63,191 bases of DNA, filler included, from Craspedostauros australis (GCA_030167865.1; 12 parts of 12 records of this genome joined end to end with filler, not necessarily neighbours in it); one strand, 5' to 3'; shown: positions 22,201 through 34,094, counted from the first letter of the whole stretch. The notes: generated by a model not told the origin, from the sequence alone. Made by a program: numbers and translations.

Positions 22201-22998
22201 GCCTTGGAGATGGCTATGGAACGGGGAGTGCGGATGGGATTCAACCAAGCGATGGCGCAAGGAACCATGCCGAACGCAAACATGGCGAACGCGAGCACGA
22301 TGCATACTCCGACCATGCCTCCACAAGGAATGATGCCAGCCCCAGATGCGAACGCGAATGCTGCTCCCACGACTCACTTGTCGAACCAACAGCCACCAAT
22401 AACTGGCAGTAGTGGAGCACCGAGCGATTCTTCAACCACCCACGGACTTCAGCCAGCGTCCACTGCACCGGGCCAACCGCAAGCAGCGGCGGCCAACCAG
22501 CCAAAGACGGCGGCTCCAACCGCACCAGAACCTCCCGCTGTCGCGCCATCCGAAGACACCCCCGAGATCACGGAACGAGAGACGGACATTTTGTTCGGCA
22601 GGAGCAGAACCTTTCACAAGCATTCGGGTAACATATACATGCACTCTCTTGTGACTGAGCGCAAGCACCTCTTCGAGGCCGCAGCTAGAACCGAACGAAG
22701 ACAATTCATCGCGGGCGTGGTGGATGAATTGGTGGCCGAGGGGAGACGATTCCTGACAAGGCATACGAAGGGCACCGACGGGACTTGGATCTGGGTCGAG
22801 GTTTCCAAGGAGAGGGCGGCCGAGAAGCTGGGGCACGCCTTCCGCGATAAACGGAAGGTGGCCGAGAAGAAGGAGAAGGGTGGAAAGGCTTCCAAAGCCG
22901 GCGATGAAGACTCGCAGGCTGGAGCATCATCCAGCGGCAAGCAGATCTCAGAAGAAGCCGCTGCTGTCGAAGGCCTGGTCAACCTTAGAATGAAGTGA
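19234..22998 (+). CDS. CRAL-TRIO-like domain plus two DUF6824 domains; 3 exons (19234-19881, 20135-20414, 20630-22998), ~1098 aa
   Basis: GTAAGT donors at 19882 and 20415 and AG acceptors keep the frame. FLRMFLRAE..AADRLVRHFEGK, RDHAGRAV, ETQINGIV, LKTFGIP. DUF6824 motifs DIIVGKG..HHGN and DILFGR..HSGN...EKLGHAFRD. Confidence 0.88.
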
Positions 22999-23619
22999 TT
23001 GCGTCGGAATAGAGGGGTTGGAACTCGTATCACGGGCATCGTCGTGGTACGCGTGGTCACATGTTGGCAGGCACATACCATCCCATACGGGATGAAATGG
23101 TGCGGTTACTCTTGACCGTCGGTATTGTTCATGGCTTTAACGATGATTATTGAAGCGAAAGTGGGTGTCAAGTGATGATGAAAGGATCGTCTGAACGGAT
23201 TATTACCGAAGTCTTTGTTTTTGTTTTGGGCGACCTCGTTTGTGTTTGCCTTTTCTTCGTTTCGCTGCTGCTTTGGTCTGTGCGTGGTCTGTGTGTGGTC
23301 TGTGCGTGGTGTGCGCGTGGCCTGCGCGTGCCTTCGATCTTTGACACGCTCGGTTGCTGTTCTGCTTCCCGACCGGTTTGTGGCCGACCCGCTTGACCAC
23401 TTCTCTTCATTAACGATCTGGTTCTCCTCGGCTTCGGTCATCTCGGTTTGCTGGCGACGATCAAACGTCGTGGTCACCGGCACGGATGTGGTACAATGCC
23501 GTTCGTTGGGTTTGGTATGGCGTGGCGAGGCAAGACAGACGTAAGATACGATGTGATGAATACACAGGTCGAGAAAGGAACCGCCGACACGTCCAATCAA
23601 GTTAACACACACACGCACA

Positions 23620-25142
23620 AACATAATAATAAGAATAACTCACAATGACTATACCCCGAAAGGGAATGCCCTGAGGGCTTTAAGCTCGCCCGCCGGCGCC
23701 ATGAAGGCAAACGCAGGGTCGAGCATATCACAAACATGGACTATCGGAACCAGCCACCAGCGCCCCAGCCCGCGAGGCCAGCCAAGCGCCGCCACGCCGT
23801 ACCCCACACACGGGCTGCCGCAGGCGGCCCGTGTGTGGGTTAATCTGGTTCCACGCCCCTACCGACCGCACAAGAGGCCAAAGACCCCTGGGCCGCACCA
23901 ATCGTCATCACCTCACCCGGCCGCATTGTTGCCTTGCACCTCTCCGTCTCCTTCACATGCCGTCCCAGCCGCTCTCGCACCATCGGCTTGACCTGCTCGG
24001 TGGATCCTGACTCCGCGAACAAACCGCAGCCACGCCTCACGCTTGCCAGGGCACTGGGCATCAGCCCCCGTCCCCAGACTACGCTCGGCAACCGCCTTGT
24101 CACAAGGTACCCAGCCACCAAAGCCCACTTGTCTCTGCGCGGCCTCTTCGTCTTCAGCACGACGCGCCTATTCCTCGGCCCGCGCAGCCTCGGCTCTGCA
24201 TTTGGCCCGGTTGCGGTGCTTCCAGACACCATGGACAGATCACCTCCCTGCCAGTACCATGTCACATGCCCATGCCTCGACTGTATAGTAATGCCCACGC
24301 AACCCGTTCTCCTCGAACCACTGTTGCTGTTGTGAACCCCAATCCGGTGGCAACCACCCCATGAGCACCGTCCACCATGCCGTCTCTGCTGTCTGCCAGA
24401 AATCATGCCTTGCAGCCCGACCGCAGAAACGGCGTAGGCCGTTGTAAATGAAACTGACCAACGGCCCACAAGTCCCGATTAACTCGATCTCGTCCATGTA
24501 CGCCTCAAAGCACGCGTCCCAGCCAGCACCTGACGCTGGACACTGCACCACATGCCTGGTGGTCTCGGTACCGCCACACCACAGGCACGGTTCTTCCGAG
24601 CCGTACTGCCGCAACTTAGCTCCCACCCCTATAAATCCGGTAGCCATCTTAGCGACAAAAACTCGCTGTGACCACGATGCCTTCCGATGCGCGCTCCACT
24701 TGCCCTGACACACCACTGACGCTTCCGCAGGCGCCCTGTGACCCATTTTCTCGGCCCAGTAGCTCCCAATGACCCGCCCTGTAATGTAGGTATGGATACC
24801 CACGGCCCCCCATGAGGACCAGCGCTCTCCCAGCGACAGCGTCCACCGGAACCGGCCGTCCCCTTGCCAGGGCGGCACCGGCCTGTCCCGCCTGGACACC
24901 CAAAACTTCTTGGCCTCCGTATCACAGTGCACATTAATTCTTGCCCATACGTCCAGATGGGCCCCGTGGTCATCCTGGTGCCCTTTCACCCACCGAAACC
25001 TCACCTCCACCTTCAACCGCTCCCGCAAGGCCTGGATATGATCGCGCAGGTCGAATGAGGGGTGGTGAACACAAGCGCCCCCGTCCCGGCAGTTCTCCAT
25101 GGCTCTCATGTCATCCAGTCCAATAACCACTGGCCCCGGGCC
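23620..25142 (-). mobile_element. Decayed 3' portion of a related Ambal-like LINE (RNase H end, CCHC, C-terminus, 3' UTR, TTA-rich tail)
   Basis: GPVVIGLDDMRAMENCRDG...WVKGHQDD...CLWCGGTETTRHVVQC aligns with ORF2 at ~1-680. In-frame TGA (24242-24240) and TAG (24170-24168) flank the VWKHRN motif. The frame continues to 23913. Confidence 0.88.
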
Positions 25143-25563
25143 TGTTGGCAAGTTCCGTGATTGGTAGCCTACAATCGTGGAGGGTGGTGTTGGTTGATAG
25201 TCGTTCGTTTGCTATTTCATTACTTGGCTACTCTGATCCTCTCGGTGTACGCCGTTCTCTTGCCCGATGCTCTCGGCGCTTCAATCTGTCTTGTAGATTC
25301 GATCGTCCGACTATGAGTCGGTACGCAAGATGCTCTCTTGCTCCTCTCTGTATTCTCTCTCTCTCTCTCTCAATATCGTGTGTTCGTGCTACACGATACT
25401 CCGTGTTGATGCGTACTCCACATTCGACACTCCGTTCATTCAGTACTGGCTCCTACTCCATGAGTACTTACCATTTGAAGTTCACCTTCAGTATCCATGA
25501 TGTTGATCCTCTTCGGTCATCGGATCTTCGCCTTCTGCTCTGACTTGGAGACAGATGTCAACG
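25143..25563 (+). mobile_element. Putative LTR of an LTR retrotransposon inserted into the LINE, followed by a PBS-like TGGTGACAC
   Basis: Begins TGTTGGCA exactly where LINE homology stops and ends TGTCAACG (imperfect inverted terminus), followed immediately by TGG. No gag/pol within the contig. Confidence 0.45.
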
Positions 25564-26187
25564 TGGTGACACTGATAATCAGCAATTACACACAGGACAA
25601 GAGGGGAGCACCAAACACTGCACTTACGACGCCGCCTGGGTGATCAATCCAATAGGTGAAGTTGGAGATGTTTGGTGTATTTGGTTGCTAAGTTATTGGT
25701 GTGTCAATTGATGATTGAGTTTGGATTATGAGATGATGATCTCCTATTTCTAATGATGGTGCCTATTGCACGGTATTAGCTCAAACTAGTATTCCTATTA
25801 GTCGTGTTAAGATTTAGTCGAGTTAATCAAATGACCAACTGCTCAGAGTTTGAGCGGGATTGAAGCGTGACTCGATGTCGGTGGGATGGGGTCCCACCCT
25901 CGAATCGTGCTCTACTNNNNNNNNNNNNNNNNNNNNNNNNNNNNNNNNNNNNNNNNNNNNTTAATTAATTAANNNNNNNNNNNNNNNNNNNNNNNNNNNN
26001 NNNNNNNNNNNNNNNNGTTGCACAAATAGCATGAGTAGCATTACTGGTTCCGACTACGGAAGTCGTCGTTGTTGTTACTCCATTGTCTACCTATCACTGC
26101 GTGATCTTGTATGGTCACTTTTCCTCAGACTCGTGCAAGCCATCCACCCCACCACACCAACTCCTCTACTCCACTATCATCGCCATC

Positions 26188-28386
26188 ATGCTCACCTCCT
26201 CCACCCCGAAAGCCCTTTCCAAGGATGTCAACCCCTCGCCAAGGAAGAAACCTCGTTCCGCTCAACTTGCGTCTGATCCTCCCTTCGACTCCAAGGGGAA
26301 TCTGCTTCCTGCCACGGAGCATTTGTTGCTTGACAAGCCGTCTGCTGTGTTGCGCAAGCCGATCACCATCAAGCAAGTTGTTGGTGTGAAGCCCATGCAG
26401 GCAGTAGACAGCAGCCTTGTCCCAAACGATGTGGATGCACATGCTCATGAGCTCCACGTCTACGTACACATCGTAGACGATAAGGGAGGCATCATCGAAG
26501 ACTCAAACGTTATTGTGCATTCGGAGGGACGAGGTGTCAGTGATGCGACATTGGTTAACGTTGCCGTGAACGTACCGCCTCCTGCTGTGCCTCTCTCCAA
26601 CCCACCCAGCCCTGTTAGGGTTGTCCGGCACCCTCGCCCAGTTGCATTGGAGGCAGATTGCAACGATGGCAGTGACGAAGACTACATGGACGGGCGCAAT
26701 CGCAGGAAGAAGCAACCAAGCAGGAAGTGCAAAGACGGTCGCTCGACGTCAGGCAAAAAAGATGCAGAGAAGTGGTGCCGCAATGCAGTAGTTGCTGCCA
26801 TGGATGCACTTAAATCTGACATTGATCCTTCCGTTTTGAGGCTGATGCCGAAGAGGGGCTTCGTGCTCGGGAGTCCATACGACAGGCAAACATGGAACAA
26901 AACCAAGAAGGTGTGGGTTGTGGTTGCCTGTGCACTTTGGGATGTCCTCCTCCCTGGAGAGGAGGCGCCCGCTCGCCAGATGGAGCAGGTGGTGCCATTC
27001 GTTCGCGCTGGAGTGGACCTGACGCCGCTAACACTTGGACCTAACTTCTACAACATATGCCTTCGTGGCGAAAAGGCGCTGGCCATCGCTGCAAGAGCCA
27101 TTCTCGCGGCGTCTGCGTCGCCAACATACTGCTCCGCTGTCCTTTCAAAGCACTTGGAGGGATTGTCGGAGGAGCAGCGGGGTCGTGTGGAACCAAAACG
27201 AGAATTTGTTACACGCAGCCAACTCACTACATTGCGCCGCTACTATGGCATGCTGTCCGAAGGGGAGGTGTTGCCACCCAGAGTTCTTCAGTATCGAGTG
27301 AGCGCATGCGCTCTTTCCGGCGTGGTCTCATTTCTCATCACCACGACAACATACAAAGCTGGCTTGTGCCACACAGTACAGTGGGATGGTGTGGAGTTCG
27401 AGAATGTGCCGGTGTTCGATCGTGGTGGTACTACGATCAAAGAATTGTTCGATATGTATTCGGCCGCGACCAACAACCCGGTTGGAATGCCCGCATTCAC
27501 TGACATCACAAAGCTACTCACACGCAAGAGCAAGATCAAGACAGGGTTATCTTCTTTCGACAGTCATTTTTGGATGGCGATGGAGACACTGAACCGCGCA
27601 GTCTCCCGCATCGCCGTCCTTTTGAAGACTAAGTATCCTGCATCAAACACTGACAAGGAACCTGACGACGTCATCTCGCAGCATGTGCGCACAGCCGATT
27701 CCCTCTTGCATGCGCTCGAGCTGCTTGTCATCTTCGTGAAATGGGAATCCCCTGCATCACATGTGCAGCGCGATTGCGATGACCCGATGCATTCGGCCGC
27801 GTTCGCGCTCACCACCGCAAAGGAAAAGCAGGCCACAACCACATCAACCAACCAACGCAAACCATGCACTAACAAACACAAACGCAAGAAGAAGACCACC
27901 GCCACAAAGGATACTCCCAATTCCTTGGACAACGCTCCATCTATCACAAATGACAATTCTGCGACCACCACAAATGACCAACCCTGTAAAGTATGCAACC
28001 GTTGTGGAGCAGCAATGCGATTTGTGGATGATCGTTTTGTCCCTTTCGTCACAATGCTTAAGGACAACGAACTCGTGGAACACAAAGACGAGTTGCAGTC
28101 AATGATTGAGGCCGCACCAGGGTTTGCCAACGAAATTGTTAAGTACATGGCTCACAAAGTGCGTGCCAAAGTTCAATTCCAAAAAATTGACTTCTATCAA
28201 CACAATATCAATGACAATGAAAAACAAGCTTATGTGGCACTTGACCATAAGCAAAAAATTCTACTGACAGGCCAAGGCGAAGCCCAACAAGAATATTGGG
28301 GGAAAAAGGGAATGTCACTGCTTGGGGCGATGGTCATCACATGTCGCAATGACATTTTTACTTATCGGTTCATCGACATTGTGGTC
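26188..28386 (+). CDS. DDE (RNase H fold) transposase, Sola3-like; 3'-partial
   Basis: RKSKIKTGLSSF, HSAAFAL, CKVCNRC, YMAHKVRAKVQ and VALDHKQKILL..QGEAQQEYWGKKGMSLLG match the D..MK.LP..RE.Q..WFGKRG.SW-type first catalytic block. Multicopy in the window. Confidence 0.7.
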
Positions 28387-28657
28387 NNNNNNNNNNNNNN
28401 NNNNNNNNNNNNNNNNNNNNNNNNNNNNNNTTAATTAATTAANNNNNNNNNNNNNNNNNNNNNNNNNNNNNNNNNNNNNNNNNNNNGTTGCACAAATAGC
28501 ATGAGTAGCATTACTGGTTCCGACTACGGAAGTCGTCGTTGTTGTTACTCCATTGTCTACCTATCACTGCGTGATCTTGTATGGTCACTTTTCCTCAGAC
28601 TCGTGCAAGCCATCCACCCCACCACACCAACTCCTCTACTCCACTATCATCGCCATC

Positions 28658-30103
28658 ATGCTCACCTCCTCCACCCCGAAAGCCCTTTCCAAGGATGTCA
28701 ACCCCTCGCCAAGGAAGAAACCTCGTTCCGCTCAACTTGCGTCTGATCCTCCCTTCGACTCCAAGGGGAATCTGCTTCCTGCCACGGAGCATTTGTTGCT
28801 TGACAAGCCGTCTGCTGTGTTGCGCAAGCCGATCACCATCAAGCAAGTTGTTGGTGTGAAGCCCATGCAGGCAGTAGACAGCAGCCTTGTCCCAAACGAT
28901 GCGGATGCACATGCTCATGAGCTCCACGTCTACGTACACATCGTAGACGATAAGGGAGGCATCATTGACGACTCACACATTGAGGTGCATTCGGAGGGAC
29001 GAGGTGTCAGTGATGCGACATTGGTTAACGTTACCGTGAACGTACCGCCTCCTGCTGTGCCTCTCTCCAACCCACCCAGCCCTGTTAGGGTTGTCCGGCG
29101 CCCTCGCCCAGTTGCATTGGAGCCAGATTGCGACGATGGCAGTGACGAAGACTACATGGACAGGCGCAATCGCAGGAAGAAGCAACCAAGCAGGAAGTGC
29201 AAAGACGGTCGCTCGACGTCAGGCAAAAAAGATGCGGAGGAGTGGCGCCGCAATGCAGTAGTTGCTACCATGGATGCACTTAAGTCTGACATCGATCCTT
29301 CCGTTTTGAGGCTGATGCCGAAAAGGGGCTTCGTGCTCGGGAGTCCATACGACAGGCAAACATGGAGCAAAACCAAGAAGGTGTGGGTTGTGATTGCCTG
29401 TGCACTTTGGGATGTCCTCCTCCCTGGAGAGGAGGCGCCCGCTCGCCAGATGGAGCAGGTGGTACCATTCGTTCGCGCTGGAGTGGACCTGACGCCGCTA
29501 ACACTTGGACCTAACTTCTACAACATATGCCTTCGTGGCGAAAAGGCACTGGCCATCGCTGCAAGAGCCATTCTCGCGGCGTCTGCATCGCCAACATACT
29601 GCTCCGCTGTCCTTTCAAAGCACTTGGAGGGATTGTCGGAGGAGCAGCGGGGTCGTGTGGAACCAAAACGAGAACTTGTTACACGCAGCCAACTCACTAC
29701 ATTGCGCCGCTACTATGGCATGCTGTCCAAAGGGGAGGTGTTGCCGCCCAGAGTTCTTCAGTATCGAGTGAGCGCATGCGCTCTTTCCGGCGTGGTCTCA
29801 TTTCTCGTCACCACAACAACATACAAGGCTGGCTTGTGCCACACAGTGCAGTGGGATGGTGTGGAGTTCGAGAATGTGCCGGTGTTCGATCGTGGTGGTA
29901 CTACTATCAAAGAATTGTTCGATATGTATTCGGCCGCGACCAGCAACCCGGTTGGAATGCCTGCATTCACTGACATCACAAAGCTACTCACACGCAAGAG
30001 CAAGATCAAGACAGGGTTGTCTTCTTTCGACAGTCATTTTTGGATGGCGATGGAGACACTGAACCGCGCAGTCTCCCGCATCGCCGTCCTTTTGAAGACT
30101 AAG
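28658..30103 (+). CDS. Second copy of the Sola3-like transposase (roughly 98% identical by eye), 3'-partial
   Basis: Collinear with 26017-27633, about 35 substitutions, no stops or indels. Confidence 0.7.
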
Positions 30104-30203
30104 NNNNNNNNNNNNNNNNNNNNNNNNNNNNNNNNNNNNNNNNNNNNTTAATTAATTAANNNNNNNNNNNNNNNNNNNNNNNNNNNNNNNNNNNNNNNNN
30201 NNN

Positions 30204-30577
30204 CTTACTTCACCCGAGCAATGGAGTTCTATCAGGCCTGGGGTGCAGCTGCCAAGTGTGACGACTTGCGCACCAAACGTGGTAACTACATCAACGAGAG
30301 GCAGATCAAGAGATCCGCGATGAACACTACGTGTGGAGGCAAGATGGTTGAGTTCGATCCCCAACATGGAATGGCGACCAACTTTGATCTGGCGACTGTA
30401 CATTCCCTGGAACATGCTGGCACGCCCACGATTTCGGGTAGGCACTCAACAACAAACGGCACAAAGGCTTCGACGGTGAAGGAAAGTGTTGATGGAGGAC
30501 CGCACAGCCTCCATGGTGAGCGTGCGGAGGATGTGGATGATGGTGACGAGGATTCCGTGCTGACGGACATTTCATAA
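30204..30577 (+). CDS. C-terminal tail of a STAND AAA-ATPase/TPR-family protein (5'-partial)
   Basis: YFTRAMEFYQAWGAAAKCDDL matches HFNEAVRLYQEWGASQKAALL at the end of the 52987-56649 protein. Confidence 0.75.
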
Positions 30578-30676
30578 AGCGAAGCAATTCTAAACGATAG
30601 AATAATGCAATACCCAATACAAACAGAGTCAGCCCCAATGTGTATTCTCATTCATCGGTGCCGACACAATCCAATG

Positions 30677-31810
30677 TCACGGCCACCTGGAAAGATCCAA
30701 ATTCGGCCAACCCAATCCAGGTCGCGACCAACATTCGATCGTGTCAACTCCCGATGGTATGCTGCCAAGGCGCTCCAACCCGCTTTCTCGGAACACCTCA
30801 TGAGATAGCCCAGATTCTTGCGAATGCTCAAAGGCAAACGGAGCCTGTACCAGGATGGTCCGATCGACAAGACCGCTCTGCAAAAACGAGATCGCCGTCC
30901 TTGGGCCACCTTCCACCATCACGGATGTGATGCCAAAGTGATCTGCCAAGTGCTGGATGATTGTTTCTGGAGGCAGAATCGAAGGAAAAGGAGACTGCGT
31001 CGGTACGAATGACGATGATCCTGCCGCTGCTTTCGCTGCTTTTGGTGATGTTGGGATCCCAACAAGGTGAACATCTGGATATCCATCCACTTGGGTAACT
31101 TGGCACTCCGACAACGATGGTGTTGGTCGATCGTCTGATGCATTGAATGCCCCTGGAGAAGAAGAAGAATAAGAAGAAGAATAGCAGCCATGATACACGA
31201 TCGTTCTATGTCCATCTTGAAAGATGTGATACCGCGACATGTCCAACGACTGCCTCGAGTCCAATATCACGCGATATGGCTGTTCCGTAGCTGTCACACG
31301 ACGGACCGTCAGACTGCAATCGTCATCCTCAACCGTCTTGCGACCCACCAGCACTGCTTGGCAGTCACGTCGCAATCGATGCACCATGTCCAGGCTATCG
31401 CTGCATGTGAAGCGCACGGACACTTCTGCCGATGTGTCCGCCACCGCCCAATTCTGATCAACGGCGATCTTCAACGTGACACCTTGAACGAAGCGATTGT
31501 CAGCATCGTTGGTGTCGCTTTCGTCGTTGTCGCTGTCACTGTCGCTGTGATCCTCATCGTTGGGAATGGCGGCTGCGCGAAGCAAAGAAGCCGTAGATGG
31601 GATTGGACGGACCACCGGCAACACATGCGACAACGAGTATGATCGTCTCTGTTTGTGCGGCGAGAAGCGAGCGACTGTCGGCCATGCATTAACGTTGATG
31701 CTCGTACTTCTGCTCTGCCATGGTGACAGATGTAACGTACGGATGATGATGCAGAAGGAAAAGTAGGCAGCAAGGCAGGAAGAGGAACGCATACGTGCCC
31801 TCAGTGGCAT
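30677..31810 (-). CDS. RibD C-terminal-type pyrimidine reductase (riboflavin pathway family), no deaminase domain, probable plastid presequence
   Basis: VTLKIAVD, VHRLRRDCQAVLVGRKTVEDDDCSLTVR, PYRVILDSR, GITSVMVEGGP, FLQSGLVD. Confidence 0.88.
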   Translation of the reverse strand: MPLRARMRSSSCLAAYFSFCIIIRTLHLSPWQSRSTSINVNAWPTVARFSPHKQRRSYSLSHVLPVVRPIPSTASLLRAAAIPNDEDHSDSDSDNDESDTNDADNRFVQGVTLKIAVDQNWAVADTSAEVSVRFTCSDSLDMVHRLRRDCQAVLVGRKTVEDDDCSLTVRRVTATEQPYRVILDSRQSLDMSRYHIFQDGHRTIVYHGCYSSSYSSSSPGAFNASDDRPTPSLSECQVTQVDGYPDVHLVGIPTSPKAAKAAAGSSSFVPTQSPFPSILPPETIIQHLADHFGITSVMVEGGPRTAISFLQSGLVDRTILVQAPFAFEHSQESGLSHEVFRESGLERLGSIPSGVDTIECWSRPGLGWPNLDLSRWP

Positions 31811-32116
31811 GATTTCAGCAGCAAGAGTGGCAAGAGTGATTGTGGGGGATCGTTGACGATGGATGTTGCTTCACGACTTGCCTTGCTTGATTGATCGATT
31901 GATTGATTGATTGATTGATTGGTGGATTGGACCTCCCAAACAATGATGTGATCTGTTGAGTTTGTGTGTGAGAAAATTGGAAGGAGAATTGGATGGCGCC
32001 AATCATTGGGGGTGACGAACGATCCATCTTCCACGCCCCCTAATACTAGGGGTGGATGTCATTCACCCCCTTCAGTTTTGGCGCGAAACGCAAATCGCTC
32101 ATTCATCACACACAAC

Positions 32117-32164
32117 AACACCAACACCAACACCAACACCAACACCAACACCAACACCAACACC
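32117..32164 (+). repeat. (AACACC)8 microsatellite in the divergent RibD_C/FucT intergenic region; (ATTG)n at ~31889-31920
   Basis: Direct reading. Confidence 0.95.
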
Positions 32165-32233
32165 AACAAGAACAAGAACACTCTGCGATGCATGGCGACA
32201 CATGAGCATCCGTACGTATTATGACACATCGCC

Positions 32234-33868
32234 ATGGTGCTCCGAAAACGAGACGGCACCCTGCTGAGCTCTGCAGTCAATGAATCACCATCCATGATCA
32301 ACCCTCCAGGTGGTGATGCCGAGCGCACGGATAATGACGACGACGGTGGAGACGGACGAAGCAGCAGATGCGAATACACGCGTGGTCGTGAAAGTGGCTC
32401 CGATCATCAACGCAACCAGCAATCCCAACGATGCAAGTGCAGAAACAGAGGCAGAGGAGGAGGAGGCAAACGTACAAGCTTCATCGTGGTCTTCATGATC
32501 ATCGCTGCGCTCAATCTTCGACTGATGTTGTCGTGTCTCATCCATTTGAAGGATTTCCTTCACATTGACCCTTCGACGACATTCAATGCAACGCAAAGAG
32601 ATGCGGCGACGGCAGAGTCGGAATTGAAGCACATTCTGCTGTACACCAAATACTGGGGCGAAGATGGCTTTCAATTTGGGACGAACGGGCAGGAGCCATT
32701 CCTTCGATATGGTTGCCCAGTGGATGCGTGTTCTGTTACGCACGAGCGCAGCCTCTTGGGTGCAACGGGAGATTTCGACGCTGTGCTATTTTCGGGCGTC
32801 AGCTCCGACTGGAATGAACAACGAGACGATACATCTCAGTGGCGGCAGCCTCACCAACGATTCGTGCTCTTTGCGATGGAATCACCAATTCACTTTGGTC
32901 TGGACTGGCCAAAGTACAATGGGTTCTTCAACTGGACGATGACTTACCGCACGGACAGCGATTTTCCTCGTCCCTACGGTTGGATTGGAGCCAAGAAGGG
33001 CAGCATTATCGAAGGCGATCCTCGACACAACGGCATAGGCGGCAGCAGCACCCCCGAATCGCCCAACTGGATTCCGTACGATGCAGGCCAATTCATCCAA
33101 CAGGTTCTCCCAACAAAGCCACAATCCTTTCGTGACCTGGCCTGGCGTCCCAAGATGGTGGCCTGGATCGTTGGCAACTGCCGCCCGACAGCATCCATGA
33201 GGAACGAGTACGTCCAAGAACTTTCCAAGCACATCCCGGTGGACATCTTCGGTTCCGCCAAGCGTTGCATCGCGCAAACCCCCATCCCCTGCGACAAGTC
33301 GTATTCCGTGCACAACCATGGCGTTGACAATTGCACCCAGACCGTGATGCGAGACTACAAGTTCTACCTCTCCTTCGAAAACTCCCTCTGCATCGATTAC
33401 GTGACCGAGAAGTTCTTTGGTCGGATGCAGCAATCCATACTGCCCGTCGTGCTCGGCGCGGCGAACTACTCTGCCATCGCACCACCGCATTCGCATTTGA
33501 ACGTGTTGGACTTTGCAAGTCCGAAGGCATTGGCGGACCATCTTTGGTATTTGCATGATCATCCTGAGGAATACTTGTCATATTTCTGGTGGAAGGATCA
33601 CTACGACGCTGTCGCACCGTGGACTACAACTGACATGGGTGTCGATCGCCAGCAGCATATTTCGCAAACGCCACCCGCGTCCCAACAGGAAGGTAGAAAC
33701 AATTTTGGTCACGCCATGTGCAGCCTGTGTTCGAGGCTCCATGGCCCGGCGCAGCAACGCAAGACGTATGAAGACTTGATGGATTGGTGGCAGACGCAAT
33801 CCCAGTGCGGTAAGGGGCTGCGCAAACTCCAATCCAGACTGATGCAAGGACGTGGCCCATTCAGATGA
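32234..33868 (+). CDS. Alpha-1,3/4-fucosyltransferase (GT10), type II Golgi membrane protein
   Basis: TM segment FIVVFMIIAALNL. MESP, FNWTMTYRTDSD, VAWIVGNC and the GT10 motif YKFYLSFENSLCIDYVTEKF...PVVLG. Confidence 0.95.
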   Translation: MVLRKRDGTLLSSAVNESPSMINPPGGDAERTDNDDDGGDGRSSRCEYTRGRESGSDHQRNQQSQRCKCRNRGRGGGGKRTSFIVVFMIIAALNLRLMLSCLIHLKDFLHIDPSTTFNATQRDAATAESELKHILLYTKYWGEDGFQFGTNGQEPFLRYGCPVDACSVTHERSLLGATGDFDAVLFSGVSSDWNEQRDDTSQWRQPHQRFVLFAMESPIHFGLDWPKYNGFFNWTMTYRTDSDFPRPYGWIGAKKGSIIEGDPRHNGIGGSSTPESPNWIPYDAGQFIQQVLPTKPQSFRDLAWRPKMVAWIVGNCRPTASMRNEYVQELSKHIPVDIFGSAKRCIAQTPIPCDKSYSVHNHGVDNCTQTVMRDYKFYLSFENSLCIDYVTEKFFGRMQQSILPVVLGAANYSAIAPPHSHLNVLDFASPKALADHLWYLHDHPEEYLSYFWWKDHYDAVAPWTTTDMGVDRQQHISQTPPASQQEGRNNFGHAMCSLCSRLHGPAQQRKTYEDLMDWWQTQSQCGKGLRKLQSRLMQGRGPFR

Positions 33869-34094
33869 AGTATGCTTGAGAAGGCCTGAGAGTAGAATAG
33901 AGGAGAGCAGAATGGACTACCTATTCGATTACCTGCCAAGCGGTGACTGCACAAAACGGTGACCGGCAGTGCAAGACATAGTTACTGAAGTTCATCGCAG
34001 TGTATTGCATTGCATTGCATTGCATTACATCCACATGAGTGTACGTGAGCGTGGCGGAATTTACTCGTTGAAATGCGGCGGTGGGATTTGAAGT

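Noticed and set aside
23106..23624. 172-aa minus-strand ORF with TDHTQ-like repeats
   Set aside because: It arises from a degenerate 12-bp repeat (TGGTCTGTGCG) in intergenic DNA and has no protein-like features.
23641..23730. Hammerhead or HDV ribozyme
   Set aside because: No CUGANGA/GAAA core in the right arrangement and no nested double pseudoknot that I can build; only simple hairpins.
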